Source: Ostrea edulis (Eukaryota). From it: 64,000 nucleotides of DNA. This document shows, one piece after another, positions 37,425 through 50,799 of the stretch. The notes beneath the pieces are model-generated. The model was given only the letters and a program-made list of their open reading frames with translations, had not been told where the DNA came from and made no database searches. Position 1 is the stretch's first letter. Every line of letters starts with the position of its first letter. The DNA lies in contig NC_079164.1 of NCBI RefSeq assembly GCF_947568905.1, positions 81,716,001 to 81,780,000 on the forward strand. Direction: 5' to 3'. A program made the position numbers and the translations under genes.

Positions 37425-38757
37425 TATATGGCTACAGCACTGGCGAGGACACACACCTTCTGAGCCAACAACACCCTGACCTCTTCCTGGAGTTCCGCCG
37501 AAGGTCATCTGTATATCTCCCGCCATTGAGAGCGTACTATGCTTAGGTCCAATTGCGCCTTGCGTCCTTGCAAAATTCCAAGCAACATAGGGTCCTTCAA
37601 TGGTGCCACATATAGGTCCACCTTGTAAACATTCTCCCCCACGTGGATGGAGAATGGACCGGTAATGAATCATCTCAGTCAATCTGCGCCAGCTTGCATC
37701 AGAGTGTCATGTCGATTGATCGGGGCTTACATCCCAGTGAGTTGTACTGCTCCGTCTCCAGCACCTCTGCCCCAGTATCCGCCACGGCCTCCACAGGCAA
37801 GTCCTGAACCAACAGTTGCACTGCGCATCCCATTGGGCCAATGGTAATGCACCGATTGCCATCCCCTGGGATCTTTATCTCTGGGAGTGGAATCCCCGAG
37901 TCCATTCGTCTCCGGTTCCTCCGGGTTGCAACGACGATTCGTTTTCTCCTCCCTATAGTTCTAGGAATACAAGGTGAGTGATCTCTCTGGCACCCTAAAA
38001 TACACATGCCTGTATTTCTCTGGCGTCCTTGTTTCACATAGAAACATATCTTTTCATATCAGGGGCATCTGGTCCCTGGGACGTGTGACTACCCGTCTCT
38101 GTACCTCCTGGGAACAATACACGAATATACTTCATAGTTACATGTAGCGACCAGATGATTCTTGGCGATATGAAGGCTTCTCCTCACTAGTTGGCGCTCG
38201 GTAGCTGTCAGACCTATTAGCGGCTTTAGCCGATAGCTGAGGACCACCCTTCCCCCTAGGGGCTCCAGAGCGAAGCTGGCACCTGTTGTCGTTCCTAATA
38301 CTGACAATTTCTTGTGTACCTCATGACAACTGGTAAATAGTACCTGGGCACTCCCTACGAAAATGTCCGACTTTGTCGCACTTAAAACATGTCAGGGAAG
38401 CCCGTTCTGGGATTGCATCGCTAGGCCTGGAAGTGTTTGGTCGAGGTGCCGATGAAGGCCCATGAAACTGATTGCTTGTCATCAAAGCGTCTTCCATGCG
38501 CTGCATTCGGCTCAATAATTATCCGATAATGCTCCCTCAAAAAAGTGTACCTTGACCTTGCTTCCAGTTGACGTACTTTCGCTTCGGGGGTAACTATTGC
38601 GAGATTGCTGGAAATACTGCATTTGATCCACAACTTTCTCCACCGTTTTAGGTTGTCCATCTAAAGCGTAGAGATCTACATCACGGTTCTCTGCTCCATA
38701 GCATAGCTGCGTCACTGCTTGGGGATGAAATCAGCCAGAGTCGGGAACGCACGGGTT

Positions 38758-38876
38758 CAATCTCTACTCAGAGTTATCGTTCCCTACACTCACATACACC
38801 TTTATCTTGTAAAACCCTCGAGACGTTGACAGAGGTGTATGTGAGAGCAAAGAACGACAACTCTGGGTAGAGGTTG
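38758..38876. mobile_element. 119-bp MITE, CAA..TTG ends, 9-bp TSD GCACGGGTT, inserted in gag
   Basis: About 44-bp imperfect TIRs CAAYCTCTACYCAGAGTTRTCGTT..; TSD at 38749-57 and 38877-85. Removing it rejoins gag as ELATRA|FPTLA. Confidence 0.85.
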
Positions 38877-39460
38877 GCACGGGTTGCCAATTCGAGTATG
38901 CATTCCGCCTATTGTTTAAAAGTCTTGCCATTTGACTTGGTGGTGACTGGAAATCAGCTGGTAAGTGATGTCTGGTGCTGAAGACCCAAACCTCTTGTCA
39001 AACTTACACAGGATGTCTCTGAGACTGAAGTTGGGTGAGGTCTACTGCAGCAGAGTATGGTAGTCACTAGCTGCTCCCTCTAGAGAAAAGCAGAAGTGAT
39101 CGTGTTGTTCATTTTCCGCCCACTGTTGACTGCGAGCCAGCCTCACAAACTTCATCAAAAATGATTTCCAACTCACCTTGCCATCATAACACAGATCCTT
39201 GTATCTAGCCTTACTGCGGGTCTAAGGGACATAGGCGTTGGCTGATGACGCTGCCTGTGTGGAGTGAACTGGGGCTGGCGAGACATATTATTAAGGGACA
39301 GCAGCTGTCCAATGAATCTGTTCAAGCGCTGCTGACCTTTGGGCTTCAAGAAATCCCTGCATCGTGCTTTTCCATCCCTCCCGGGTTGGACTGGCTGGGC
39401 ATATTGAGGTAACAGGACCGCCGCTGGTAACATTTGGGGTCCACTGTACTGTTGGGGCAG

Positions 39461-39862
39461 CTGTTGACATCAATGGTCCACCATACCTCTGAGTTGGGGA
39501 TGCTGTTGACATCAATGGTCCACCATACCTCTGAGTTGGGGATGCTGTTGACATCAATGGTCCACTATACCTCTAAGTTGGGGGTGCTGTAACAACAATG
39601 GCCCACCATACCTCTGAGTTAGGGCAGCTGTTGACATCAATAGTCCATCATACCTCTGAGTTGGGGGTGTTGTTGATATCAATGGTCTACAATACCTCTG
39701 AGTTGGGGGTGTTGTTGACATCAATGGTCCACCATACCTCTGAGTTAGGGCAGCTGTTGACATCAATAGTCCACCATACCTCTGTGTTGGGGATGTTGTT
39801 GACATCAATGGTCCACCATACCTCTGAGTTGGGGGTTGCTGTAGACATCAATGGTCCACCAC
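39461..39862. repeat. 42-bp tandem repeat, about 10 copies, in the Gypsy gag region
   Basis: CTGTTGACATCAATGGTCCACCATACCTCTGAGTTGGGGATG; the - strand encodes MSTASPTQRYGGPL. Confidence 0.9.
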
Positions 39863-41730
39863 ACCTGAGGGGGGGGTAAGCCCCTAGAACCCAACACTAT
39901 GGGTGCGGCGTCCAAGGGTCCTGGCTGTGTATTGTTGCTTGACTGGTGAATAGATGCACGGTTGCTCTAGATAGCTACATCAAGAGTTGCGAGCCGTAGC
40001 GCTTGTGGCTGCAATACAGGGGATTTGTGACAGACCGGCGCAGCATTATGTGCATGGAGCGTCTCGAGTGGTGGGGATTGAATCGACTCCCTCATGAGAG
40101 TGGCCCAGTCAGGGTTGACAGGGGGCTGACCTTCAGCGCCCCTATGGATGGGTATCACGGCATCAAACGAATCCGTATGAAAATCGAGTTCTATTTCCTG
40201 AACTCTGAGAGGGGTCAGTGTATAAACCCGACCTAAACCATAGACAAGTGATGTCTCTCTATGGGAAACTGAGGATAAGAGGGTGGACATAGGGTGAAAC
40301 ATCTCGGCAGTGCCCCCTTTAGAGGCACTGGGCATGGGAGCATGTTCCAACCACACCCCTATTCAGGGTACCTAATATCTCCCACCTGGTAGGAGCGTTT
40401 GGGTCTCACTTGCCATGTGAATCCACGAAGAAACACAAGTAGACTGGTTATCGCCATCCCCTGAGGGTAGTGCATGGGTAACATCAGAGCCCTCCCGGTC
40501 ATGGACGGGACTTTGGGTATAGAAACATTCCAACCCCTAACTCAGTTTCAATCCTAGCTGGAGAAGCAGGCTCCCCAGTCCTAACAGGCCCCCCAAAGCC
40601 TCAGGCATACTATCCCCACCTTTCACAGAGGTGATAGAGGTATCTAGGTTAAGCCCCCTAGTAGGAACTTCAATATACTCCCCACGGTGGCACCACCTTC
40701 CCCGACTCAATAGGCAAACTACTCCAGCGTTACGAGTCCATTCCCCCGTGTCTCATTGAAAAGGATCTCACTACGAGACCTACAGCATATCCCTCCCGCC
40801 AGGGGCTTGGACGCATAGAAGTAGCGGGCGTTCTCAGACCAGCCTCAGTCCTAGACTCTGGCAGAGGGAAAAGGTAGGCTGTTCGCCGACATCACACTCC
40901 GGTCTGGAGCGGTAAACCCCCGCATAAGCTAGGCTTAATCTGTTATATTTCACTATTTTAACCATTTTGCAAAGTGAAATTTCACCGATTCATCAAATAA
41001 TTTTTCAAAGAATATTGCTTTTGGCATTTTATATTATGAAAAAACGAGGAACTATCTTTATGAAAATGGATGGGTTTTTTTATACTGGGAAACAGTTTTT
41101 GTTGTCGTTTTGTGACTGGGGGAGGTAAAGAACGGATGGAGTGTGGGATCTGCTACAGCGAAGTTTTACCGATAAATGTACAAGGTCATCTCAGTATCCC
41201 ATTACTCCACATCTCCAGCAGCAATATGTGAGGGGAAAGTAGCCGTGAGCAATGAAATGTGTGGATAATTGCTTTCAAGAAGAGAATCGATTGCACTCAT
41301 ATGATAGTTTACACCGGACAGCCATAATACACAAATGGATGTCAAACCTTGTTTATCTAATAAGTATTCACAATTAAGGAATTTTAAGTAAGTGTATTCT
41401 TAATTTCATAAATAGATTAAGATTCATAACTCGTGTGAAAGCTGTGAAAATGCAGGATTTTTCTCTATTTTTATGCAGTTTCAGTTGTAAACTAAATGTG
41501 GTATGGATAAAATGCCACCTCTTGATCCGCACTTGCATCATGAACAAAACTTTGACATATGAAAGCCACAGTTTACAGATCGTTAACGATAAACACGATT
41601 ATAGATATGTGACATTTGCATGCCTATAAACCTCGCTAGTCGAGAGCATAACGCATCTAATTGTTATTTAGCGACGGAACGGGGAAAAGTTTGGGACATG
41701 CTTGGTATGTCTCATTTTTCTCTAGAGACC

Positions 41731-42040
41731 TACAGTTCTGGGGCTACGGTTACTGAGCAAAGTCCCCATAGAGCTACATAATGTACAGTTCTGGGGCTAC
41801 GGTTACTGAGCAAAGTCCCCCAGAGAGCTACATAATGTACAGTTCTGGGGCTACGGTTACTGAGCAAAGTCCCCCAGAGAGCTACATAATGTACAGTTCT
41901 GGGGCTACGGTTACTGAGCAAAGTCCCCCAGAGAGCTATATAATGTACAGTTCTGGGGCTACGGTTACTGAGCAAAGTCCCCAGAGAGCTACATAATGTA
42001 CAGTTCTGGGGCTACTTGGTACACGTACTGAGCAAAGTCC
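41731..42040. repeat. 54-bp minisatellite, about 5.5 copies
   Basis: TACAGTTCTGGGGCTACGGTTACTGAGCAAAGTCCCCCAGAGAGCTACATAATG. Confidence 0.95.
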
Positions 42041-43195
42041 TTTTTTTGTGAATACATTATCAAATGGCATACAAAATATATTTAAATATACTTTATAGTA
42101 GTCATATTGTAGATCAATTTCCTTTGATAAAATGAAAATTGTTAGAGAGACAGGTGTAACATATTGATATACAGTAAATACTTTTACTCCATTTGTTTTT
42201 ATTAAGAACTTCTTTGTACAGGTGGAACTTCTGCAACTCGCGATCGATACAAACCCAGTTCTGCAGGAACCATTATTTCATCTTCTGGGAGGCTGACTGC
42301 ATACCCACATGAATGACTACACCACACACCATGTTCTATCCACCAGATTTTCATAGCATGCAATATCGCTAGAAGATCGAAATCAGCAATGGCAAAGTTG
42401 TTTGGGATTTTTCCTTGCAGAAAGCTGCAATATCCAGTTGTAACCAGTGAGAAGCAATTTGTGTCGATTGCAACATGTGCATTACACTGATATGAACAAT
42501 AGCTCAACATACATGTACCCACTCATCCTTCAAATTGTCATGAACCCAGGTTTGTGTGCGTAAGCACGCGTGCTTGTGTGTGTGTGTGTGTGTGTGTACG
42601 TGCGTGTTTGTGGGTTTCCATAAATGTTTTTGCCTTTGATCCTTTTACAAAATGTAGTGATAGGCATTTTCTCATCAATGCGCTGTAGTTGTGAATAGTG
42701 CACGCATGGATAAAACATATTGATTGTGTGTGCTGAACTTTAAACCGTGAATCCATGATAGCAATGTATTTTCCCTTCATTTCCCTGTTATTGAATATGA
42801 CAATGAACTGTACAACCTATTGAAGGATATTCAAGTTTTTGCATCAAGAATATTCACTGGAACAAGGAGAAATTATTCCATTTCAGTACTGTATGAATGA
42901 TAAATTGGGCTGGGTTAAATTCGATCAAATTAAAGAAAAGTGTACATACTTACTTTATTTTACAAAATATTGTGTTACATTCCTCCTCTGAATTCATATC
43001 CACTGAGAAAATATAATGGTTTTCATATTCCCCCACCAGTTAGGACTTCATGAGATATGAATGGCGTTTTCTACTTCGACAAATGAAATATGGAATGGAT
43101 CAATTACAACTGCTATTAAAACTATACCCTACATTATGATAAATATTACTGCATACCACCATGTAAATTCTTAAAGGGGGATTCTACCACGGTTT

Positions 43196-43231
<36 letters not shown>

Positions 43232-43700
43232 GCGATATACCTCCATACGTGATAACTGATTATATTTACATTCACTGAATCTTTTCTCTAATATTTCTTT
43301 TGAAATTGACATTGCTTCTGTCTGCGACAATGAATGCATGTTTGTTGCAAAACTAGTTCGATTCGGTTTTTAGTACCACCTGTCTGAATAATCATTACCA
43401 AAGATGTAGCGCCATCAAGGTCAAAGGGTGCATTGGCTATTCCGTTTAACATAGCGAATGGGTCAACCATATGATATTTTAGTACCTAATTGTAGTTTAT
43501 ATTCTAAAACAATGCATACAAATACAAAATGTCTTTCTTTGTCAATTTCAAAATCATAAAAATTAATCAATTATACTAATAACTCGCATCTCTACTCAAT
43601 TTGTACGATCTTGCATTACTCAGCACGCGTTGGTATGTTACCCCTCTCTGTTGTAAAGAAAAGGTAACTTCTATCACAAATTTCCGGTCGCGTAGCTTAA

Positions 43701-44225
43701 AGGGGCATGGACACGATTTGAGCTGAAAATTTTCAAATTTATTTTTCCATTTTTAATGCCTAATTAAAGTACATGTATTTCTAATGGCCAACCAAACTTT
43801 TATTATCAGTTGTTGAGTTACAAGTGAGATACAGCACTCACAATTCTTTGCTATGTAAACAAGGCTCATGCCATGTTTTTGTTTACATTAGATTGCTTAA
43901 TAGAAAATAGCATGTTTAAAACAAAGTAAGATGTGCCAAACACTAGAAAATATTTAATTGTGTTCAGAATTCACTTATGAATTGAAATAATCTGCTTTAA
44001 ACGAAACTTTTAATAATATATTTATATAACCTTTGTAAACAAAAACATGGCACAAGCCTTGTTTACATAACAAGGACTTGTGGCCTTTGTATCTCCCGTG
44101 TGCCTTGACTTCTGACATTCAAATTTTTGCTGATGATTAGTAATACCAGAGTTAAGCATTCTAAAGTAAACATTGAAAATATAAAAAAATTGAAAATTTT
44201 CAGCTCAAATCGTGTCCATATCCCT
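43701..44225. mobile_element. Kolobok-like non-autonomous element (TTAA TSD)
   Basis: TIR AGGGRYATGGACACGATTTGAGCTGAAAATTTTCAA; TTAA at 43697-700 and 44226-29. Confidence 0.8.
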
Positions 44226-44900
44226 TTAATCGTTTTGTAACCGGGAGTTAGTAATTTCGAGCCCTGTGCGTGCCATGATCGCGTCAAACACAGGAAGTCA
44301 ATTGAATTCAATTCATTCACTCAAACCATGTTAGATGGTACTTGAGGTTCAAGAAATGAATATGATAAATGCAAGAAAAATTGTCGGAGGTTCATATATG
44401 GAACAATGCATCATGCTTGGGTGACAGAAAGGTATAGGATTTATGTATAAATATGGTAGTAATGCATTTGAGAGGTGGCAGAAGAACAATTGCGAGGAAT
44501 AAACAATCTAAAAAAAAAAGTGAAATAAGTACACAAAGATTTCTTAATGTTTTCATCTGTGGGCTTGACAAAAGTTCAGAAAACTTCAGAACATTTCGTT
44601 TTTCATATCTTTTTTAAATCTAAGTATTTTTCCTTAATTGTAAAAAGGCTGAACACTGTACAATGAAGTGAAAATCATCACCCATTTCTCCTTTGATACA
44701 CTGTCTTTCATTCTAAGGAAGACTACATATGTATATAAGCCATCTTCTTGTCTCTATATGTAAGTGGTGATTTGAAGTGCGAAATTTCATTCAAAACAAC
44801 TCTTAATTTTACAGGCAAAGTAAAAACATATTTCTCCTAGCCAAAGCAATGCTTAAAAGGATTGTAAACCTGACCCTTGGAAGAGTCATTTTAATGAACA

Positions 44901-45505
44901 TGTAACGTGTTCTCTTCCGTTTACGGGATCCCTCAGTTACTAAACTGAGACCGAGACTCTATAATGATGTTTACTTATATATAAAACTAATAATCGCCTG
45001 CCAAAATATACAAATACGGCGAAACGAGTTCCTCTCGTGAAAATAAAATGATTACCCTTAATTACTTAACTAACTAATCACTAATAAAAATCACTATCAA
45101 AATAATCAACTAAAATCAACCAACTATATACAAAATGTTACTTAAAAAAAATATTACTCAACGGATGAGCAAAACCTCCTGCCTTAAAAGGTGAAATGAG
45201 TGCTCAACAAATGAGTACTCAGCTACTCAGCACTTTTATTTTATAACGATAAACACTATATATGTCCACTAAGGACTAGTCGAGCTATTCCCGCGAGAGT
45301 AAGGATACTTTATCCACGTTCTCTTATGGGAAACTGTCGGCTTACCTAAAATCTTCTCGCAGCAACTTTACACTTCGAAAGCCAAACTAACACTGAAAGT
45401 GCTGACGCTAGCGGGATGACGTTTATATACCCTTATAGCGGAAGTCAAGGTCACATGCCAACTAATGGCGCCAAATTCAAATTTAATAACACTATTTACA
45501 TTACA
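44901..45505 (-). mobile_element. Solo LTR (605 bp), 4-bp TSD AACA
   Basis: TGTAA..TTACA termini; AACA at 44897-900 and 45506-09; TATATAAA-like and AATAAA motifs on the - strand. Confidence 0.65.
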
Positions 45506-47004
45506 AACATAGATTTTTGCGCTTGTTCACATAAATTCAGCTTCAATTGCTCAATATGATATAGCACAGCTATTTCCTTTGCTAATAACATTTAACTAGA
45601 TCATCAATATATAATGAAAATAAAAATGGGGATAAATTTTCCCCTTCTCTAACACCGACATTACATTCGAAGTACTCCGAAATACTAGCTGGTGATGTCT
45701 AAATATGAATGGAAAATTCTCGAAGGAATGTAAAACAAAATCTATCACGTACTGGAGTAACAATAAAATATAGTACATGTAACAGCAGATGACTGATCAG
45801 ATCGTGTTAACTTTGTGAGTTCTACATGTTCTAGTAACCAGTTTCGATGTTTTTCTTTAATTGTCTAACAAAAACTTGAATGTTTGATCACTGTAGAGTT
45901 GGTCTGGGTTCTAGCTGTGTGCAAAGATAGCTGATCAGGTATCGTTTCGTAGATTCTAGTAGACAGTTTTGATGTTTTAAATTATTCATTCATATAATAA
46001 AACATTTATCAATATTCTATCGGTGAGAATGATGCCTTACTACCTGAGAAGTGCCACATTTCATTGTTGAAAAGGTTCAACAATTGTATAATATTCACCA
46101 TACGTATATACATTTCACATAATAATAATTCTATACATGTTGTAACAGATTAATTATATATATATACCAGACCCTATTAGCATCAACAAACTCCATTTTT
46201 CTAATTCTAATTTTACGCATGCGTATCAACACCTTCCTTTGCGATGGCAAAGGGACAAAGGGTTGTAGTACACAGGGGAAAACACAAAGTTTGAATTTTA
46301 GTATCGCTCCTTCGCCTTTGCGTTTTTGCTACTTCGACTTCGCACTTTCGCTTCATTTGCTCTCGCAGTTTCGCTCCTAGGCACATTCGTCCTAAACGCG
46401 AAAGAGCTAATGGTCTGGCCACGATATGGAATTAGAGTACCCCCAGGATGCGTAACCCGGTCGTAGTTTGTCTAGGCGTTGCGTGGTTGGCTAATATCAA
46501 GAGTGAAATTATTTGGAATTGAAAGAAATGTTATAGAAATTTAAATTAATTGTCAGGATGAAAATTTATTACGCAAAATTGAGAAATGACAGAGATTGAC
46601 ATGGTAGGGGTGTTTGAAATGAAGGGTGTAATTCACTGCAGATCGTTATGTGTTGTAAAAAATTACAAATATGACCTGTAAAAGCAACGCAAATTTTGTC
46701 GGTTTTTATTAGCACTTGGAATGAACTTTGAAGTGTTGAGGGTCATTTGTTTAAAATCAATATAGTTAATTGTGAGAGGGCCAAAGGTTGGTAATGAGGT
46801 CTATGGGAAATGAATTGTTACTCTGACCAGGGTGGAGAACAACGAGAGGGAGTATGGTGGCATGTTTCTGTCATTATTTGTCAGATGTTTATGTCGACTT
46901 GTCAGTTGTCACAAAATTTCCTCTTTCACCCCGTATTTTCTTATTATCTTTTAATTCTAATATATACTGAATATCATTTGCTGATATTTACTTCCCGTCT
47001 TCAT

Positions 47005-47200
47005 ATCTGACAAGTCGACATAATCATCTGACAAGTCGACATCACAATCTGACAAGTCAACATCTGACAAGTCAACATCATTATCTGACAAGTCGACATC
47101 ACAATCTGACAAGTCGACATAATTATCTGACAAGTCGACATCACAATCTGACAAGTCGACATAATTATCTGACAAGTCGACATCACAATCTGAAAAGTCG
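47005..47200. repeat. About 21-bp tandem repeat TCTGACAAGTCGACATAATYA, probably a MITE interior
   Basis: About 9 copies, with inverted copies on the flanks (about 46880-46910 and 47215-47270). Confidence 0.8.
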
Positions 47201-49204
47201 ACAAAAAGATCATTATGTTGACTTGTTAGAACATGTCATCGACTTGTCAGATCTTTATGTCGGCTTGTCATTTCCCTCTTTTTGCATAATGAATGATAAG
47301 AATTGAGGTGAAAGGGATTTAACAGTGCAGGATGTAACTTGTAATCAAATAAAACGTGGATAATGTTGAACCTCATGTCCTTTTTTATTTTCAGCTATAA
47401 CACATTTCACCCCAATATGGATGAGCCCTTGTCCCGTTATGACAGGTCTAGTTTTGTTAATTATATATAGTAAGTATAATTATACATGTATACATTATTT
47501 AAACGTTTCGTCATTGTACTTGGATATGTTACTATTTGGAATTACGGATGCGGCACCCGGTATATGTAATGTGTTGTAACCGACATCCTGGGGTCTTTGT
47601 ATGTATAGTAGTCAACCTGCTCTAACTTATGTGTGCAGGAGATTTATAGATAATAAAAAAAATCTTCTTTATCCTGACCACATGGATGGAGTGAATGCTT
47701 AGGAACAGTAAGTAGATCTTTCATAAATAAAGCGAGATAACTTGAAGAAAAATCATAATAGCAAAAAATATGCACAAACTGCAAAGATAAATAGAAAATG
47801 AATTATTGTGACAGTTCTTGTAAAACTTCCTATCTCAAGTTATATCTGAAAGTTTCCAGACTGATACGTTTTCATGTCACAGGGATTTTAATACTCTCTA
47901 ATAAAAAGACCTCCAGGATAGAAGATTAATGTACATCCGCCTGCAGTATATCAATAGCTCTTCACTGAGTATATACATGCAGTTGTACGTATTCCTCGTT
48001 GTTGTTTAGATAAAGATGCAGTCTCATTTTAGGTGTATTCTGTAAGCAATCATTTGATAGATACTGTGTCTATATGGGGGATTATCCTTTCCGTCATCTT
48101 CATAGTTTCCGTCTGTTTGTTGTTTGTTTAATGTTTGGACCGGGAGATTAAAATGCGCTTCTTCAATTAAATGTAGTAAATCAAAATCAGCTCGACCACA
48201 TGTATTTGTCATTGCCTGGTTCATTGCCACATCAGCGGGTGTCTCTATACTGTGGGCAACTTTCCACACCAATGGTCGCGTGAGAATCTTTTTTAGAAAA
48301 TGGCTTGTCCACTCTCCCTTAACCAAACTATACGTTTGAAATCATCAAACGAGGCACATAAAAACAACAAATACACATTATATACGGAAAGATAAATAAA
48401 CTCAATCACGATGTACTGATCGCGGAGACCTTTAGCTATTGCTGAACTGAAATGTTTCGTACTGCTGTCAAGTTTAAATTTAATACCACTAAAGGTCACC
48501 CACTGCATCAAATGTGAAATGATCGCTCTATACTCGGGACCAAATGAAAAGAAAGAAAACGAGCGATATATTAGTATACAGGTATCATGCTTTAGGGAAC
48601 GCACATGACCTGCTTAGGTGTGTGTTTGATGCAAGGGACAACACATTATATTGAGGTAGTCATTTAAATTGTTATATATAATACTGTTCGTATATCGTAG
48701 GTTCTGATATTGCACGTTACAGTACAGAACAAATTCTACACTATTTTTGATAATTTATTTTTTAAATCTAAATTTAATTTTGATTCATTAAAATTCTTTG
48801 CCTGTATTTTTAATATCAGCTAGTAAACCCTAATGAATAAGTATGATATTAAATCAATATTCAATTAAATACTTTTCTGTACAAATCCACTTCTACATTG
48901 AGTGCATATCAATCGATATCAGGTCAATCAATCCAATATATTAGGCAATATTTACGCATGTTATTCATTACAGTTAAATTCGTGATGACCTGGGCGTCGT
49001 GAGCACATGACGTGTATTTGATGTTGATACGGAGACAGTAGCGATGGGGTCTCATCGTATGTCCGATCAAGTAAAAACAATGATGGCTAATGTGACAAAC
49101 CTACAAATATGTGTAGTACATCTTTACCTAAACGGTTACTACCGGGGGAAAATCTACGTTGGTTTGGTTTTATACTGTACATACATTAGTATGAAATTTG
49201 TACG

Positions 49205-50420
49205 GCAAATTTGTAGACCAAACACAGACCTCTGGGCATACCAGAGGTAGGTAGGATCAGGTACCTAGGAGGAGTAAGCATCCTCTATTGACCGCAATCT
49301 CTCACCAGATGGCTACTGCGCTACGCTGCAACACCTCTGTCACCGTCTAAATGTCAAGATTCTTGGCAAAACTTACTTTTACTTATTGCATCATAAATAA
49401 TAATTTTACAAGTTTCCAGCTTTAAATCTTAAAATAGGTTCACAAAAACAACGAATTCCATGATTATTCTAGTATTATTGAAGGAATGGATATCTATATC
49501 AAACTTTTTAATTCGCTCAGGTGTCTCACATTTACCATCTTCTGCTTTTAAAAAATTCAGACAAGTGTTTGATTTGCTTAGATATCATCATTACAGTTTG
49601 ATATGATAAGTTAGTTTTAGTACATTTGATACTTTTTAGATGTATTAGTAGAGCGTAGCGGGGATGATAACTCTGGGTAGAGCTTGCATTGACGGTCACA
49701 CCCATCATGAGCCGTAGATCTTTACCAGGAAAGCGGAGTAATTCAGTCAAAATCAGTATGTAAAGAACGGCCTAACAATAAGTCAGGAAGCATTCGACCC
49801 AGGGAAAGCTTATATCTGCGAAATGCTGAGTTTAAACGAGACAGTTGGAACCCTTGTAACTAATATCAACTTATTTGTCGTAGAATTTATCATACTCAAA
49901 ATATGCTCTTGCGTATCGAATCAGTTAAAAGATATAAACACAATACAGGTGATAATGGGATATTGCTACACAAATACTGGAAGTTGACGATGGAGAAGAT
50001 GAAGTCATCTCGTTTGTCACAAAGTTGTGTTGTTACTTTGCCTTTAACATCTCTATGTAAAACTTATACGGTACCAATTTTGATGCACCAGATGCATATT
50101 TAATGAACTATCCAAATATGAAGCTGGTATGGAAGACTTTGGTGACTTTTATTTCGAGTTCAATTTGAATCGACATATGAATGAAAATGAGTATTGTTCA
50201 TGGACAAAACGTTGTCGATATATCTAAATGTCGAGTTGAAGGCCATAGCAAGAGATTTCCTCTTCTCATGTAGAAGTTTTTGAGTAAATTCTGCCTCGTA
50301 AAAATATATAAACAAGTCGGCTGATAAAGAAGCACCATTCGTGCCCATAGGAATTCCAACAGACTGCTGAAGGACCTGATCACCAAAAGACTTTGGTAAA
50401 TTTGTCAATGATGGACCCCA
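49205..50420 (-). mobile_element. Penelope-like retroelement remnant, interrupted
   Basis: ORF 50160-50546 QQSVGIPMGTNGASLSADLFIYFYEAEF..FRYIDNVLSMNN; 3' block at 49205-49290 and 49650-49870. Confidence 0.75.
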
Positions 50421-50799
50421 GCATCTTTTTAATATCGTCTTCAGAGTACTTGTACTTGTGCGTGGAATCAGAGTGGTGTTTAACAAAGTTTTTTGGATGA
50501 CTGAGCAAAAAATTAAACATGTATTGTTTAATTGCTTGAAAAACATACGTTTATCTTTTTTTTTTTTTTAAATTAATTAAAACGATTTTTGGACAGTAAA
50601 ACTCAGTTTGCCACCGTTAAATCAGCATTAATGGTTGCAAATAACAAATGAGAAGATACGTTGTAACACTAGTGCGATAAGATGTATAATGAAATTAGAT
50701 AAAATTGGTCGGATTAGATACAATCTAATTAAAATTAGATGTTTGATCCGCTCGCGTTATGTATGCGAGTACGCGAGCGGATCAAACATCTAATTTTAA

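Larger units (their letters stand above)
36000..40930 (-). mobile_element. Degenerate Ty3/Gypsy LTR retrotransposon (gag, protease, RT N-terminus); boundaries approximate
   Basis: Zinc knuckle CFKCDKVGHFRREC (38321-38515); protease ADTGAEV (37699-38037); LLNDFQDVFA..DHKVDT..PIKERMRRTP (36708-37031); VLIRKKDGNVRWCLNYRRLN (36397-36702). Multiple frameshifts and stops; no YxDD motif or paired LTRs recognised. Confidence 0.85.

Noticed and set aside
35700-41000. Paired LTRs, PBS and integrase for the Gypsy remnant
   Set aside because: I found no convincing direct repeat between the flanks, no TGG-type PBS and no recognisable integrase or YxDD motifs by eye.
46957-47213. Repetitive ORFs (SDNYVDL.. 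/ MSTCQI..) as proteins; also 6907-7110, 7121-7354 and 41730-41996
   Set aside because: They are translations of tandem or microsatellite repeats.
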